Positions 53,701 through 64,000 of a stretch of DNA of 64,000 nucleotides are shown one piece after another. This DNA is from Ascidiella aspersa (lineage: Eukaryota), in contig OZ004609.1 of the NCBI GenBank assembly GCA_963924565.1, positions 20,646,001-20,710,000 of the forward strand. Direction: 5' to 3'. A program made the translations under genes and the position numbers. The notes beneath the pieces are model-generated. The model saw only the letters and a program-made list of their open reading frames with translations, made no database searches and was not told the DNA's origin. Every line of letters starts with the position of its first letter. Within the stretch, counting starts at the first letter, position 1.

Positions 53701-56700
53701 GCACGTGTATTATTGTTAAACAATTATTATTTTTTGAATTTTAATATAGTAGCAAAATATTTTTTTTCACGCGTTGATTTTTAAATTAGAAACGCAAAAA
53801 AAATACAAGATTAAATAATTATTCTGTTAGTAAAATATACTTCATATTATCCAATCCTGGAAATATTATTTTATTTGCACGTCTTAACAACTCATTGCTG
53901 CTTGTATGTCGAATGTTGTGTCTATATACATGTTTCTGCAGAGAATCAGCCAATGTTGCTGAGTGACAAAACGGTGGCTATCACCAACGGTGATGCGGCA
54001 CCTGACAACAACAATGACATCCCTTCGAAAGAGCACCACCATCGACATCGCAGCAGACGACACCACAGACACAGGCACCACCATCGCCATCATCATCACC
54101 ACCATCACAACAGCAACCATCACAATGAGAAGCAACCGGAAGTAAACCAGAAGCAGTTGTCCAACGGAGCGGCATGCAAAGAACTGTCTTCGAAGACCAA
54201 CGGAGTTTGTCCAAAAGTTGAGACTGTTGACAGTTTTCTGAAAGTTCCAACACTTGACGTGGAAAGCAGGAAAGAAGATTGCAATAGACCCACCGTCAGA
54301 TGGGAGCGTTCCAACTCCGAAAGCGAGGTTGTGGCGCAAGTAAAGCGACAAGCGGTCTCTCGAAAGACGAGCGCGCCAGCGACGCACAGTGAACGCCAAT
54401 TGGCAGAGAACGGCATTGCAGAAGACACCGGAGCGAAACGACTTCAAGGAAAAAGGGGATGGCAAAAACTCCGCACCGCAATCTTAAATAACCCTGAGAA
54501 GGTGAGCTTGTAATAAAAATAATCACACCAAGTAATTAATGAAATCACATGTAAGTTGGTCCAAAAAACCTGTTAAAAAGGTACCTTATGTTGAGCGCTA
54601 GAATAGCACAAAACTGGTTGTTTTATCTTGTCAATAGATGCAGCAAATGAAGAACGAAATCATCGAACCGAAGGAAGAGGAAAAAGATCCCGAAGAAACG
54701 GAAGAATTAAAAGTACCGTAGTTACAGTGGCTTTTTTGTATAACTTTTGTGCACCGATACATTTGATTTTATTTGACAAACATCATACACAACAACTTGT
54801 AGAACTACACGCTCAGAATGTCGTGTTTAATTTGCTGTACAGTTATTATATTTTTGATTTTTACTACATGCCTGTAATTATGTTAAATATAGGGTTATTT
54901 TTGTCACCGGTCCTGCATACCCAACCTTTAATTATTGTCCTATACGTATAAAATCTTTGAACGACATGTTTACTTTCCACAGACAAAGAAAATGGAGATT
55001 TGCCTTTCCTGTTTTCCCAACGAACCTTTGACAACCGGGTATTGGGCAACATTCCGCGGAACCGCCCATAAAATTGTCGTTCATCGCCACTTCGACAATC
55101 TTGTCATATTTTGCATTCTTCTCAGCAGTGCCACACTGGTATGCTGAACTGTAAAATCCTATAGTTAAACGAATCATGCTCACAGTGTTGGTTTTAAGTG
55201 TTGTTTTATGATATATATATATGTATATTGGATCTTATACGGCAAGTTAATGTATGGTTTGGCCACCCGATAGTAACTTTGTATAGCGACGTATTAACTA
55301 CAGGGAATAATAACCGTGAATTCACTACATGATTAAATAACATAATTGTTGACGGCGTAAAGGGCGATTATACCTCCGATACTTCGGTTGTATTGTAAAG
55401 TAGTGCAATGAAAATAGTTTACGAAAAGTGCTATCCGGTCTTCGTCCATTTTTTGCTATATTCGAAATGAAACGTCTTCGTTAACCGGTGATAGGCATTG
55501 GAGGACGTCTACCTTCATACGCGACCAACTATGCAACGAGTTGTACAAGCTATCGACATTTTCTGCTGCGTGTTCTTCACTCTCGAAATGCTCATTAAGT
55601 GGGCTGGATATGGCTTCAAATTTTACTTCACTAACGCCTGGTGCTGCCTTGACTTTGTCATCGTGTTGGTGAGTAACACTTCGCTGTTAGTAAAACTAAA
55701 TGGTGGTTGCAATATAATTAGTTTGAAGAACTTTTGCTAGTAACACCTAATCTTTATATTAAGAGATACATTTTTGCACGCGGACATGTTTGTTACAATT
55801 GTGTATGTGAGTGAATTATTTTGTTTGTAAATGATTCTACTGTATTTGTACCACAGAAAAATAGTTTTTAAAATAGGTGTGTTTTGATGTTATACTGAGA
55901 CATATAAGACCTTGGCTCGCCTAGGAGAATAACATATATATTACTGTATTCATAGGCACCAAACTTTCAAAATTCCAAGGCGCTATCTTCTAACCAGTGC
56001 AAAATATTTTAATAATTACATAAAAAATGTGAGCGCTTAAACAACAGCTTTGCGCTGTTGCATGTTGTCACTGAAACAAACTATTTCATCTTATATAACT
56101 TTTTTATAGCGACTTGTTCCATGGCCTCGTGCCTATACGGGAAGTCAGGAAACTTTTAAACACTTATGCTGAACTAAAACTGTGCTACAGGAATTAATTT
56201 TGTACACTTATTGATAACTTTGTCGAATTCCAGGGCATTTTGAAGCCCTGTCAGAAATCCGGGGTCCAACGCTCTGCACACCACCGTTTGGCGCCTATGA
56301 CTGTATCATCTTTATCTATAGAAACATTTATTTCCCTCAGATTTCTATACTCAACCAAGCACTGGGTTCGAATAAAGATGTCGATCTAAGTGCATTGCGA
56401 GTTTTGCGCACGTTTCGCGCTTTAAGGCCGCTTCGGGCCCTCTCGAGATTCGAGGGAATGAAGGTGAGATTATATGTTAAATGCACATTATACACTTAAA
56501 TATACATATACCAGAATATACAGAAAAAATATTATTTTAATTACCATGTTAACACTCCTGATGCACAGTTTGCATATCTTTTAGTGTAGAACTTTCTAAT
56601 TCGATTCGTTCTAGATCGTTGTCGACGCGTTAATTCGAGCTGTACCGTCCATCGGTCACGTGTTCATGGTGTGTGTGATGTTCTGGTTGATATTTAGGTA

Positions 56701-59700
56701 AGACAGAGACAATATATCTGTGTACGAGTATAAGTTTCATGTACAGCAATACCTAAAATCATTAAAAAACGTACTAGAAATTTTGTGTTTAGAACCATTT
56801 GACTTCTGAGCAACTGTGTAATTTTCCTATTCTGTCTTGCTTTGCAGCATCTTGGGCGTCAACCTGTTCGCCGGCCGCTTTGGCCGGTGCGTATCCCTTC
56901 CCACCGGGGACATTTTGCCCAGGCGTTGGCCCGACGACACGAACAACACGCTGCCCAGCCTGGCCCAGCAGTGTTCACCCAACAACACTGAGCTGCTGCG
57001 ATATTTAGGCGGCGAAATAACCTCAGTAATGGTGAACCCGGCTGTCGTACTTCCGTCGGTAAGCAACCGGACGGAATGTGACAACTGCGCCCGATGGTAA
57101 GATCCTATTCGTTTTATACGGTCCTTACACAATAAACAGCCATAATACTTTCAAAGAGACAACTCTAAAATCATTCAGTTGCAGAACAAAATAGGGATGT
57201 CTGATACTTGCGATACCTACACTCTTTTTGACAAAAAATATCGCGAAACGATACCAAATGACGTCATTAATAAACTCAAACAAGCAGGGCAGTTAAAATA
57301 GTTGTTTGTGGTGGTAATGTTTTCCAGGTTATTTGGCAAAAAAATGATAAGGGTTAAGAAATCTAGTTACTTCCAGTTGTTGACCTATAGTTTTTGATTA
57401 ATTTACCTTGCAAAATCGCTACGTTGGATTGCAAGTCATGGCTCAAATGCATATTAATTCGGTACCTAGCCCACTTTATGAAGTCTAAAAACACTGTCTA
57501 ATGTTATGTTGTAAGTTTTAATTTATTTAGAAACAATAAACATTAAGGCGACCATGCTAACAAAATACTATTATTTTTAATATGCAAACAAGAGTGAATT
57601 GTGCACGATACCTGATCTTTTTTCCAGGTTAAATTCGACAGCAATTGACTGGCAGGTTCCTAGCGTGAACTTCGACAGCGTCATGCGAGGTTACCTTGTT
57701 CTCATGCAAGTACGTGGAATACCAGAGTTTTACTATTTTAATATAGTATAAGAATGTAGAACGAAAGACCGGTGACTGTGATATTCTATTGTTTAATCTC
57801 AATACATATATGGTTGGTATACATAAAACAAGTCTCTTTCCATAGGTTTGCTTCTGAATAACTATATAGCATTCTAACAGTGTTGTACAAATAGAAAAGA
57901 AGCCAATGGTTTTAAAAGACACTGTACGATTGAAATACAAATCAGCAAAAGAAAACTTGGGTTTTGCAGGTTGCCACATTTAACGGTTGGCTCGAAATCA
58001 TGGAAAGTGCAATCGATATTACTGGAAAGGAGCAGCAACCTTCCTACGAGCATTCTTTCTTTAATTACGCTTACTTCTGCGTTTTTATCGTGTTTGGAGC
58101 CTTTTTCTCGCTCAATCTGTTCATCGGAGTAATTATCGACAACTTTAATCAGCAGAAAATCAAGTCACAAGGTAGCGCAAGTCTGTCATGTCTCTTGAAA
58201 AAAAAAATCAAATTGCTTATCATGCTGTTAAACGAATAACACAAAGATCAACTGGGTCATTTCTGTAAAAAAAAAGAGAAAATAATATTCAATTTAAAAG
58301 TTAACTTACAATGCTAAACACATTAAAATCTTGTATAACGTAAAACGTAGTATTCACAGTTTTGTCTCTTGTGATACTTTGTTTGCAACTCCGCTTTTAA
58401 TATGTAAGTGCAGTTGTACACTTCTCTATGCTTTTTGTTAACTCTTATTAAGCAGTCCTAACTACGAAGCATCGGCGTGTAACATCAATCAGCAAAGTGC
58501 ACTAGTGCGTAAAACGCTAATTTGTAAGTTTGGAGCTACACTAAAAGAGGAGGTTAAAAATTCTATTCAAGGTATATAACGATTTTGACTCAGGAATAAA
58601 ACACTTTTTTTTGGTTTGTGTTTGAAAGGAAGTAGTTGGCACAATAACTTTTTACTTTTTTTCAGTGGAACTATCAACAGAATCAGTTGTAGAAAACGGT
58701 TGGTCGTATTAAACTTAAGTTTTCACAGGTGCTTTTGGTGGTAGTGGTATCTGGTGCTTTGTTGTCAAAATTTCGCTCAAAAAATAATTTAATTATTCTT
58801 GCGAAAATCGAAAATCCACAAAGCAATGTTTTTGTTGATTTTGGTGATCTTTTTCTGTAGAATTTAAATATTCGTTGAACATGTTTTCTTAATTTAGAAT
58901 CATAATTAGGTTTTGTAGAGATATATTACAGTATGTTGCTATATGCGTGATACATTAAATATAATTACAGCTGAAAATGTATTGAAATATATATCCATTT
59001 TAATGACAGCTATGTTTATTACATAGGAAATGCAGACGGCGTTTTTCTTACTGAGGAACAGCGTCGATATTACAACGCCATGAAACGTATGACGTCAAAA
59101 ACGCCCAAGAAACCAATTCCCAGACCCCAAAGTCGAATCGCGAACAAGGTAAATTATTGTTTGGTTGCAAACAAAGGTTATCGGAAACAACCCCAAGGTT
59201 TTTTAAACACGATCACTTGCGCTGTCGTCAGCTAATTAGACTGGGTATGACGTAAAGCTATGAGACGTTATTATTATTAATATTATTTTGCTTCCAAACA
59301 ATCCAGGGTCATTTTTTTCTAGGTTTAAATAAATTACTTATAAAGTATTATTTGTAAGTAGAAAAATTCAATTAAAAATGTTATTTTTGTTTTAAAATGT
59401 ATTTTTATTGCTTTCTTATCGTTTTATTGAATCTTTAAACAATAACACTGTGTATTCCTTGCTTATTGTTAGATTTGAAAACCATACTCAACCGCTGCAA
59501 TGTGTTATTCGTGTGATTCCATGTTATTGTACACTACAGCTTTATGACGTGGTGACATCACGAAAGTTCGAGATCGGCGTGATGGCAGTGATAATGTTAA
59601 ATCTGGTTGTGATGGCGGTAGAGCACCACACCATGTCCAAAGAAATGGCGCAGTTGTTGCAATACTTCAATTTGGGCTTTATAAGTAAGATATACACCAT

Positions 59701-62700
59701 CCGAATAGGCAATATGCTTGGCGTTACATTACCGGTAAACCACAAACAAAAACACGTCAAATAGCGGCAAAATGTGTCACCATCAAATGGTGGCCTACAA
59801 CTAAGCCTAAAGCGTACTACGTTACGTGACGATAAATCTAAACTAAAACAAATATATCTGAAGTTACAATACTGTAAATTTTCGCTCCTGTTTTATCCAT
59901 ATTTTTTTAATTAAAAAATCGTGCACTTGTTGGTAAAGATTTAATAAAGATTTACTTTTGTTATACGCAGCTTTGTTCGTGATAGAAGCCACGTTAAAGC
60001 TGATTGGCCTGCGCTTCTACTATTTCACGGTGCCCTGGAATGTTTTCGACTTTTTCGTGGTTGTTATTTCTCTAATAGGTAAGATAACATCAAATCTAGC
60101 TTTTTGATTTATTCCTAGCCACTGTCTGGTTATGCTAACAACGAATAGCAACAACATAGTGACCAACTTCTTTCTCTATAAGTTTTGGTTACCTAAATAC
60201 TTCGCATTACTATAATATATGTACGACCAATCGACCATGTCTAATTTATTAAAATGTTGATATCACTGTTGATTGCATGGTATTGCACGTCGTAGCTCTC
60301 GCATGAGATCCGGAAACAAATTTACTCTTCCTACGTGTCGGACGTTTGCAATTCCTGTCATATTTCACGACCAAAAGCACGCAACACAAACCAATTTAAA
60401 AAATATAATATAGAAACACTCAGCACGCATGTATCGATCATTTTTCAATTATTCTTTATTGTTGTATTATTTTTTAACTTTGAAATTACGATGCACCATT
60501 TAATAAACTAAACTTGATAGAACGCTTAGGAAACATTGCACTTTTTTATTAAATATTTAATTATACTTCATACTTGGAATTGTAAGCGTTTCTTGATTTG
60601 CCTGCTGGTAACAATACGCATGGCACCTTGGCGAGAAACAAATCCCTATAGAATCAAAGCACGTTCGAATTGAATAACATAGTCGTGTCAACTTGTGTTT
60701 GTATGTGCTTGTGCGCGCGCGCGCGTGTGTGTAGGCTGTAGTCTCGTCCCAGTCTGTCCGCGCACTTCCTTAAACCTTGCTCGCGCGCACCGCCCAATGC
60801 ACTGGCAGCACACACACAAGCACGCTTCAGGCCACCTGCACCCCTTTGCGTTTTCTCCTTTTTCACTCACCGACTCCTCATCTATCCCTCGTGCTCACTC
60901 TGACACGTCTAGTGAACTGCCTGTCCACAGCGACCGGTCTGAACGACGTCATGTCCCAGTACTTCGTCCAGCCAACGCTCTTCCGCATCATTCGACTCTT
61001 TCGCGTCACGCGCATCCTTCGACTCATCCGCGAGGCAAAGGTTAGTTGCGTATGCGCGTTTTCGCTACCGTTGTACGGTTCTATACTTCGTGTTTATTCC
61101 GATACTGATACCTAATATTTTATGCACAAAAGGGTTGTCCTATCCAATACCATTCGATACGCAAACGTAACTTCTCTGTGTTGTTAATCGCAAAACTGCT
61201 CTGTCGCAAAAAAATCTTTGTAACTTTAATTGTTAATATGCTATTTTATAAATAAAAATATTTTTGAAAGTGGAGAGCGCTTAGTTAGATTGAAAACCAT
61301 GGCTAATAGGTTAGGGTTATTTTGGTATCGGGTCTGTACCGATACCATTGTAGTATCGGATGAAAACCGATCTTAGAACTTGGCATCGAAAATAGCGCAC
61401 TAGTATGATCTTAAAGGGGGGTTATTAAATAAAATTTAATTTAAACGTACCTTGTGTAATCCGTTTGTTAAACATGACAAAATCAAAATTTAACTCTATA
61501 ATTCACCTTAGGAAATATTAAGCAGTATATATATGTTTTATTACTAAAAATGAATTTTAAAACATATGTCTATACTTTCAGTATTTGACAGAAGTGCAGC
61601 GAAATATTATCGGGTTTGGTGCTTTAATAAATTATAGTTTAATGATAGCAAACTTAAATATTTGCTACCGACTGATACTACAGCGTTTTAAAGAAAATAA
61701 ACTAGTTCCCTTCTTATTGTCGCCATAGGGGATTCGAACGCTTTTATTCGCTCTCATGATGTCACTTCCCGCTCTCTTCAACATCGGCTGTCTTCTCTTT
61801 CTCTTCATGTTTATATACGCCATCATTGGGATGTCGCAATTCGCCGACGTGCAGAAGCTTGCCGGTATCGACGACATGCTCAACTTCGAGACATTTCCCA
61901 ACGCGTTCCTCGTGCTGTTTCAGGTGTGCAAAAGAGTGACCCGAGTTACCATATTCGCCATTATACGATGTACAAACATTAACGTCTGCGCGCTTATCCT
62001 ATGAAACTCACTATGTCAGAAGAAGGATTTTGATTTCATAACTGTTTGTAAGCATACAACTTTAATTAGTTTCTTTTTTTGAAATTACCTGTTTTCGTTA
62101 GCTGTACTTTTCATACCATCTCATTAGGGAATCTTTTGGGACCGCCAAACCCTGAAAAGTCCAACAAATTTCTATAGATCTTACAACTTGCATTAACACG
62201 CTTATATAGGTTTCGACCTCGGAAGGATGGGATCGCTTCATCGAACCTATTTTGCGGGACCGACCTCCCTACTGCGACTTACACCCGCCAGATGGGGGTA
62301 GATCTAACTGTGGAAACGCAACCATAGGTGAGCGTAGTACTGGATAGTAATGAGTGATAACGTCTTTAAATGTGTTTGTTAGTTGAAATGTGCGTTCGGG
62401 GTTTTAACAACCTTGAAGTGATAGAACTGAATTTTGTTACTATTTTTCATAATACACATTTTCTAAAAAGTCTTGTTTCACCACTAGAGTACTATAACCA
62501 CCACGGAAAGTATGTTACTATGAATTGTGGCAAAATATTGTATTGAAATTGACATACGTTAGTCACATACTTTGCTGTCATTTTTATTTTAAATAGAATA
62601 ATAATTGAAGTAAATAAGTTTAATAGCCTACCTAGACACAGGAAACCTTACATTGTAGCAGGATAGTGAAATGTCAAATTCTGGCGCCCAAGAAAGTTTG

Positions 62701-63096
62701 GTATAGTTCGACTATTACAAAAACATTCATATACAACAAGGCTTACGTTGCTTTATTGTAATGGGTTGTACAACGGTCAACTATTTAGTTATGTCACTCT
62801 CTTAATGCGATGGCTGTTGTGGCATATTTTACAACATATATTTACGCTACACAACAGAAGGAACATACTAGGTGAATTATTATGAATTCGTTAAAATGTA
62901 GTGCATTCTCAACGTTGCACCTGTCGTAATAGTTTTGTTTTTATTTCTAGGAGTCATCTACTTCGTCACTTACGTAATGATTACCTTCTTGATCGTGGTT
63001 AACATGTACATCGCAATTATACTGGAGAACTTCGTCGTAGCCACGCGGGAAAGCGCCGAGCCTCTAACCGCTGACGACTTCGAACAATTCTTTGAG
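23648..63096 (+). CDS. Voltage-gated sodium channel alpha subunit (Nav1/SCN family, divergent D/E/N/E filter); 38 coding exons in window, 3' end beyond window
   Basis: Manually joined GT-AG exons, all phase-compatible, total 7182 nt: 23648-23753, 25092-25309, 38925-39136, 40267-40395, 41329-41450, 42386-43418, 43837-43981, 44391-44534, 44808-44834, 45164-45513, 45978-46426, 46951-47051, 47129-47342, 47659-47795, 47925-47976, 48256-48377, 48822-48971, 49419-49592, 49849-50022, 50265-50432, 50654-50809, 53505-53655, 53942-54501, 54638-54712, 54983-55138, 55495-55668, 56341-56463, 56615-56697, 56848-57096, 57628-57709, 57970-58171, 59027-59148, 59540-59684, 59971-60078, 60931-61040, 61729-61923, 62210-62327, 62951-63096. 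Four S4 helices, four P-loops and Nav hallmarks ([26 protein letters not shown], TEEQxxYYNAMK, [25 protein letters not shown]). Confidence 0.96.
25092..25309 (+). CDS. Nav exon 2, N-terminal domain ([13 protein letters not shown]...[12 protein letters not shown])
   Basis: Homologous to Nav LEAGKxLP...PLEDLDPYY; ttttcggcag| acceptor, aag|gtgtgt donor. Confidence 0.9.
25843..26212. mobile_element. Copy of the AAGTC/GACTT MITE in Nav intron 2
   Basis: CAGTGTTGTAATGACTT...TTTACAACACTG; TSD not preserved. Confidence 0.8.
29697..30014. mobile_element. hAT-type MITE
   Basis: TIR CAGTGATTCT(C/T)AAC; TSD TTCTAGAC on both sides. Confidence 0.88.
30126..30177. repeat. 24-bp direct repeat
   Basis: TCAATGCATTTAGAGGGGTTAATG twice, separated by TATA. 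Confidence 0.8.
33779..34214. mobile_element. hAT-like MITE (GGAACAC family); related copies at about 5776-6100 and 41470-41925 (reverse)
   Basis: CAGTGTTTATCAACC...GGTTGAAAATCACTG ends; shared GGAACACTTAATG/GCGGAACACCAAAC cores across copies. Confidence 0.7.
38107..38493 (+). CDS. Candidate alternative first coding exon (129 aa, Ser/Pro-rich) splicing in phase 0 to exon 3
   Basis: Long GC-rich ORF with ATGATG start, donor GAG|gtgcga at 38493/38494 in phase 0, and a strong upstream acceptor ccttttTACACAG at 37977. Confidence 0.6.
38925..39136 (+). CDS. Nav exon 3: N-terminus end plus DI S1
   Basis: [15 protein letters not shown]...[13 protein letters not shown]; canonical splice sites. Confidence 0.95.
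40267..40395 (+). CDS. Nav exon 4: DI S2-S3
   Basis: [20 protein letters not shown]...[11 protein letters not shown]. Confidence 0.95.
41329..41450 (+). CDS. Nav exon 5: DI S3-S4
   Basis: [19 protein letters not shown]. Confidence 0.95.
41470..41925. mobile_element. Reverse copy of the GGAACAC MITE family, immediately after Nav exon 5
   Basis: Reverse-complement similarity to 33779-34214 (GTTTGGTGTTCCGCGAAATT, TAGTGTTCCG). Confidence 0.65.
42386..43418 (+). CDS. Nav exon 6: DI S4-S5, S5 and very large extracellular loop
   Basis: [12 protein letters not shown]...[17 protein letters not shown] followed by about 300 aa of open GC-rich frame ending YCAIEE; donor aa|gtaag. Confidence 0.9.
43837..43981 (+). 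CDS. Nav exon 7: DI P-loop
   Basis: [46 protein letters not shown]. Confidence 0.95.
44391..44534 (+). CDS. Nav exon 8: DI S6
   Basis: [34 protein letters not shown]. Confidence 0.95.
44808..44834 (+). CDS. Nav exon 9: 27-nt micro-exon (EAKEREENE)
   Basis: tatacag| acceptor, |gtaagt donor, phase 0/0; matches the post-S6 EAxxKE helix. Confidence 0.8.
45164..48377 (+). CDS. Nav exons 10-16: DI-DII cytoplasmic linker (7 exons)
   Basis: 45164-45513, 45978-46426, 46951-47051, 47129-47342, 47659-47795, 47925-47976 and 48256-48377 are phase-compatible; Ser/Arg-rich; ends in Nav-like WSCCPPRWK. Confidence 0.75.
48822..50809 (+). CDS. Nav exons 17-21: domain II
   Basis: [19 protein letters not shown]; WNVFDAVVV; [20 protein letters not shown]; PRWNFTDF...[12 protein letters not shown]; [18 protein letters not shown]. 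Confidence 0.95.
51642..52205. mobile_element. hAT-type MITE (GGCCCGCGGGCC family), apparently nested in an older related element starting at about 51458
   Basis: TIR CAGGGGTCGGCAACCT/AGGTTGTCGACCCCTG; TSD GGTTAGAA on both sides. Confidence 0.9.
53505..55138 (+). CDS. Nav exons 22-25: DII-DIII linker (includes His-rich tract) and DIII S1
   Basis: 53505-53655, 53942-54501, 54638-54712 and 54983-55138 are in phase; ends [32 protein letters not shown]. Confidence 0.85.
55495..58171 (+). CDS. Nav exons 26-31: domain III
   Basis: ALEDVYL...[11 protein letters not shown]; [20 protein letters not shown]; VNFDS...[14 protein letters not shown]; [18 protein letters not shown]. Confidence 0.95.
59027..59148 (+). 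CDS. Nav exon 32: DIII-DIV inactivation linker (VFLT)
   Basis: [33 protein letters not shown]. Confidence 0.95.
59540..63096 (+). CDS. Nav exons 33-38: domain IV and start of the C-terminus
   Basis: [11 protein letters not shown]; [43 protein letters not shown]; NFETF...[10 protein letters not shown]; [16 protein letters not shown]...[12 protein letters not shown]. Confidence 0.95.
60711..60732. repeat. Alternating purine-pyrimidine tract (GT/GC)n
   Basis: gtgcgcgcgcgcgcgtgtgtgt. Confidence 0.7.
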
Positions 63097-63574
63097 GTAA
63101 GTTTTCTAAAAAAGGCGTATTAGTAATGAGCGTATGTTGAGATTTTTGATATGACTTGTCACAAAGCTTTTATTGTACTAAATGTATTAACAATAAAAAA
63201 GGATGTAAAGTATCAATGTCACAGTTTAGTGCAAACAATTTCTAATTAGGCTTTGGGCAATTATTTTTAACAGGAAAAACTAAAGTTTTTACAGGGGTTA
63301 TTTATTCAATAAAGTATTTTAAAAGCAAGGTAAAATCATAAGGGCTGATTTTTGACTAAATAAGGTTTTATAGAAAATGAGCTGCGTGTCGTCTTATTAA
63401 TTTTCTTGGAGGTCGGACTCGGCCCACGAGCCGTATTGCCCTGGTCTCATAATATCGTTAATGGCTATCTGGCTCATCAACTTGCTTTTCAAGATTAGTA
63501 AGAATACCCACAATCATTTTGATGCTGGAGACAGCTATTTCTTGATATGAGTGTATAGTGTCTACACTCTACAG

Positions 63575-64000
63575 CAGGGGTCGGCAACCTACGGCCCGCG
63601 GGCCGGATCCGGCCCGCCGATGAAATTGATCCGGCCCGCCGCCTCTTTGATAAATTGGAAACGAGTCTATTTCACATACTTTTTGACTATTTTAACTATG
63701 TAAGAGCGAAAATTTTTCGCGCTTCGCGCGAATGACCGTTCTACGTCCGGTTTGTTTACGTTTTGTTGCTGTCTTTTGAACTAGATTAGCTCTTTATTAC
63801 CGTTGCGCCGTGGAAGGTTGCCAAGTGCGTCGCGGAAAAACGGAAAACATACTTATTCTAAAATATTGGACATATATTTTTTAACATTTTATTTATTTTT
63901 CATTTTCGGCAATGTATGAAAACTTGCAAGAAATGCCCGTATACAACAAAAAAAATCGCGCTCGCTTCGCTCGCCAGCTATACTTTGACCCAAAAGGTTA
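63575..64000. mobile_element. Second copy of the CAGGGGTCGGCAACCT MITE, truncated by the window edge
   Basis: Colinear similarity to 51642 onward (GGCCCGCGGGCCGGATCCGG...CCGCCGCCTCTTTGA); isolated right ends of the family also at about 555-571 and 7033-7049. Confidence 0.85.

Noticed and set aside
53884-54465. Long antisense ORFs over Nav exons (also 45136-45606 and 45970-46245)
   Set aside because: Shadows of GC-rich sense-strand coding sequence.
38925-63096. Classifying the gene as Cav, NALCN or Nav2 because of its acidic filter
   Set aside because: The III-IV linker (TEEQxxYYNAMK...KPIPRP), DIV S4-S5/S6 and the WxCCPxW motif are Nav-type and look closest to chordate Nav1. A phylogeny is still needed to fix the subfamily, so no gene symbol is assigned.

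Overview
AT-rich, intron-rich animal genomic DNA. I infer an invertebrate chordate, most likely a tunicate, from the chordate-like channel sequence, many short GT-AG introns and abundant MITEs. Most of the window (about 14 kb to beyond the right edge, + strand) is one four-domain voltage-gated sodium channel (Nav1/SCN-family) alpha-subunit gene. By hand I assembled 38 phase-compatible coding exons from ATG 23648 to 63096 (7182 nt, 2394 codons); the C-terminal tail lies outside the window. The channel is strongly atypical. Its selectivity filter reads D/E/N/E instead of D/E/K/A. The outer ring reads G/E/E/D with added arginines, and the TTX-site aromatic is replaced by Ala. The DI S5-P extracellular loop is about 325 aa with 11 N-glycosylation sequons, the inactivation motif is VFL instead of IFM, and the II-III linker has a 19-His tract. 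Three alternative N-termini are predicted from in-phase upstream exons (14094/16376/18749; 23648; 38107). The rest of the window is non-coding and holds several hAT-type (8-bp TSD) and TA-flanked MITEs.
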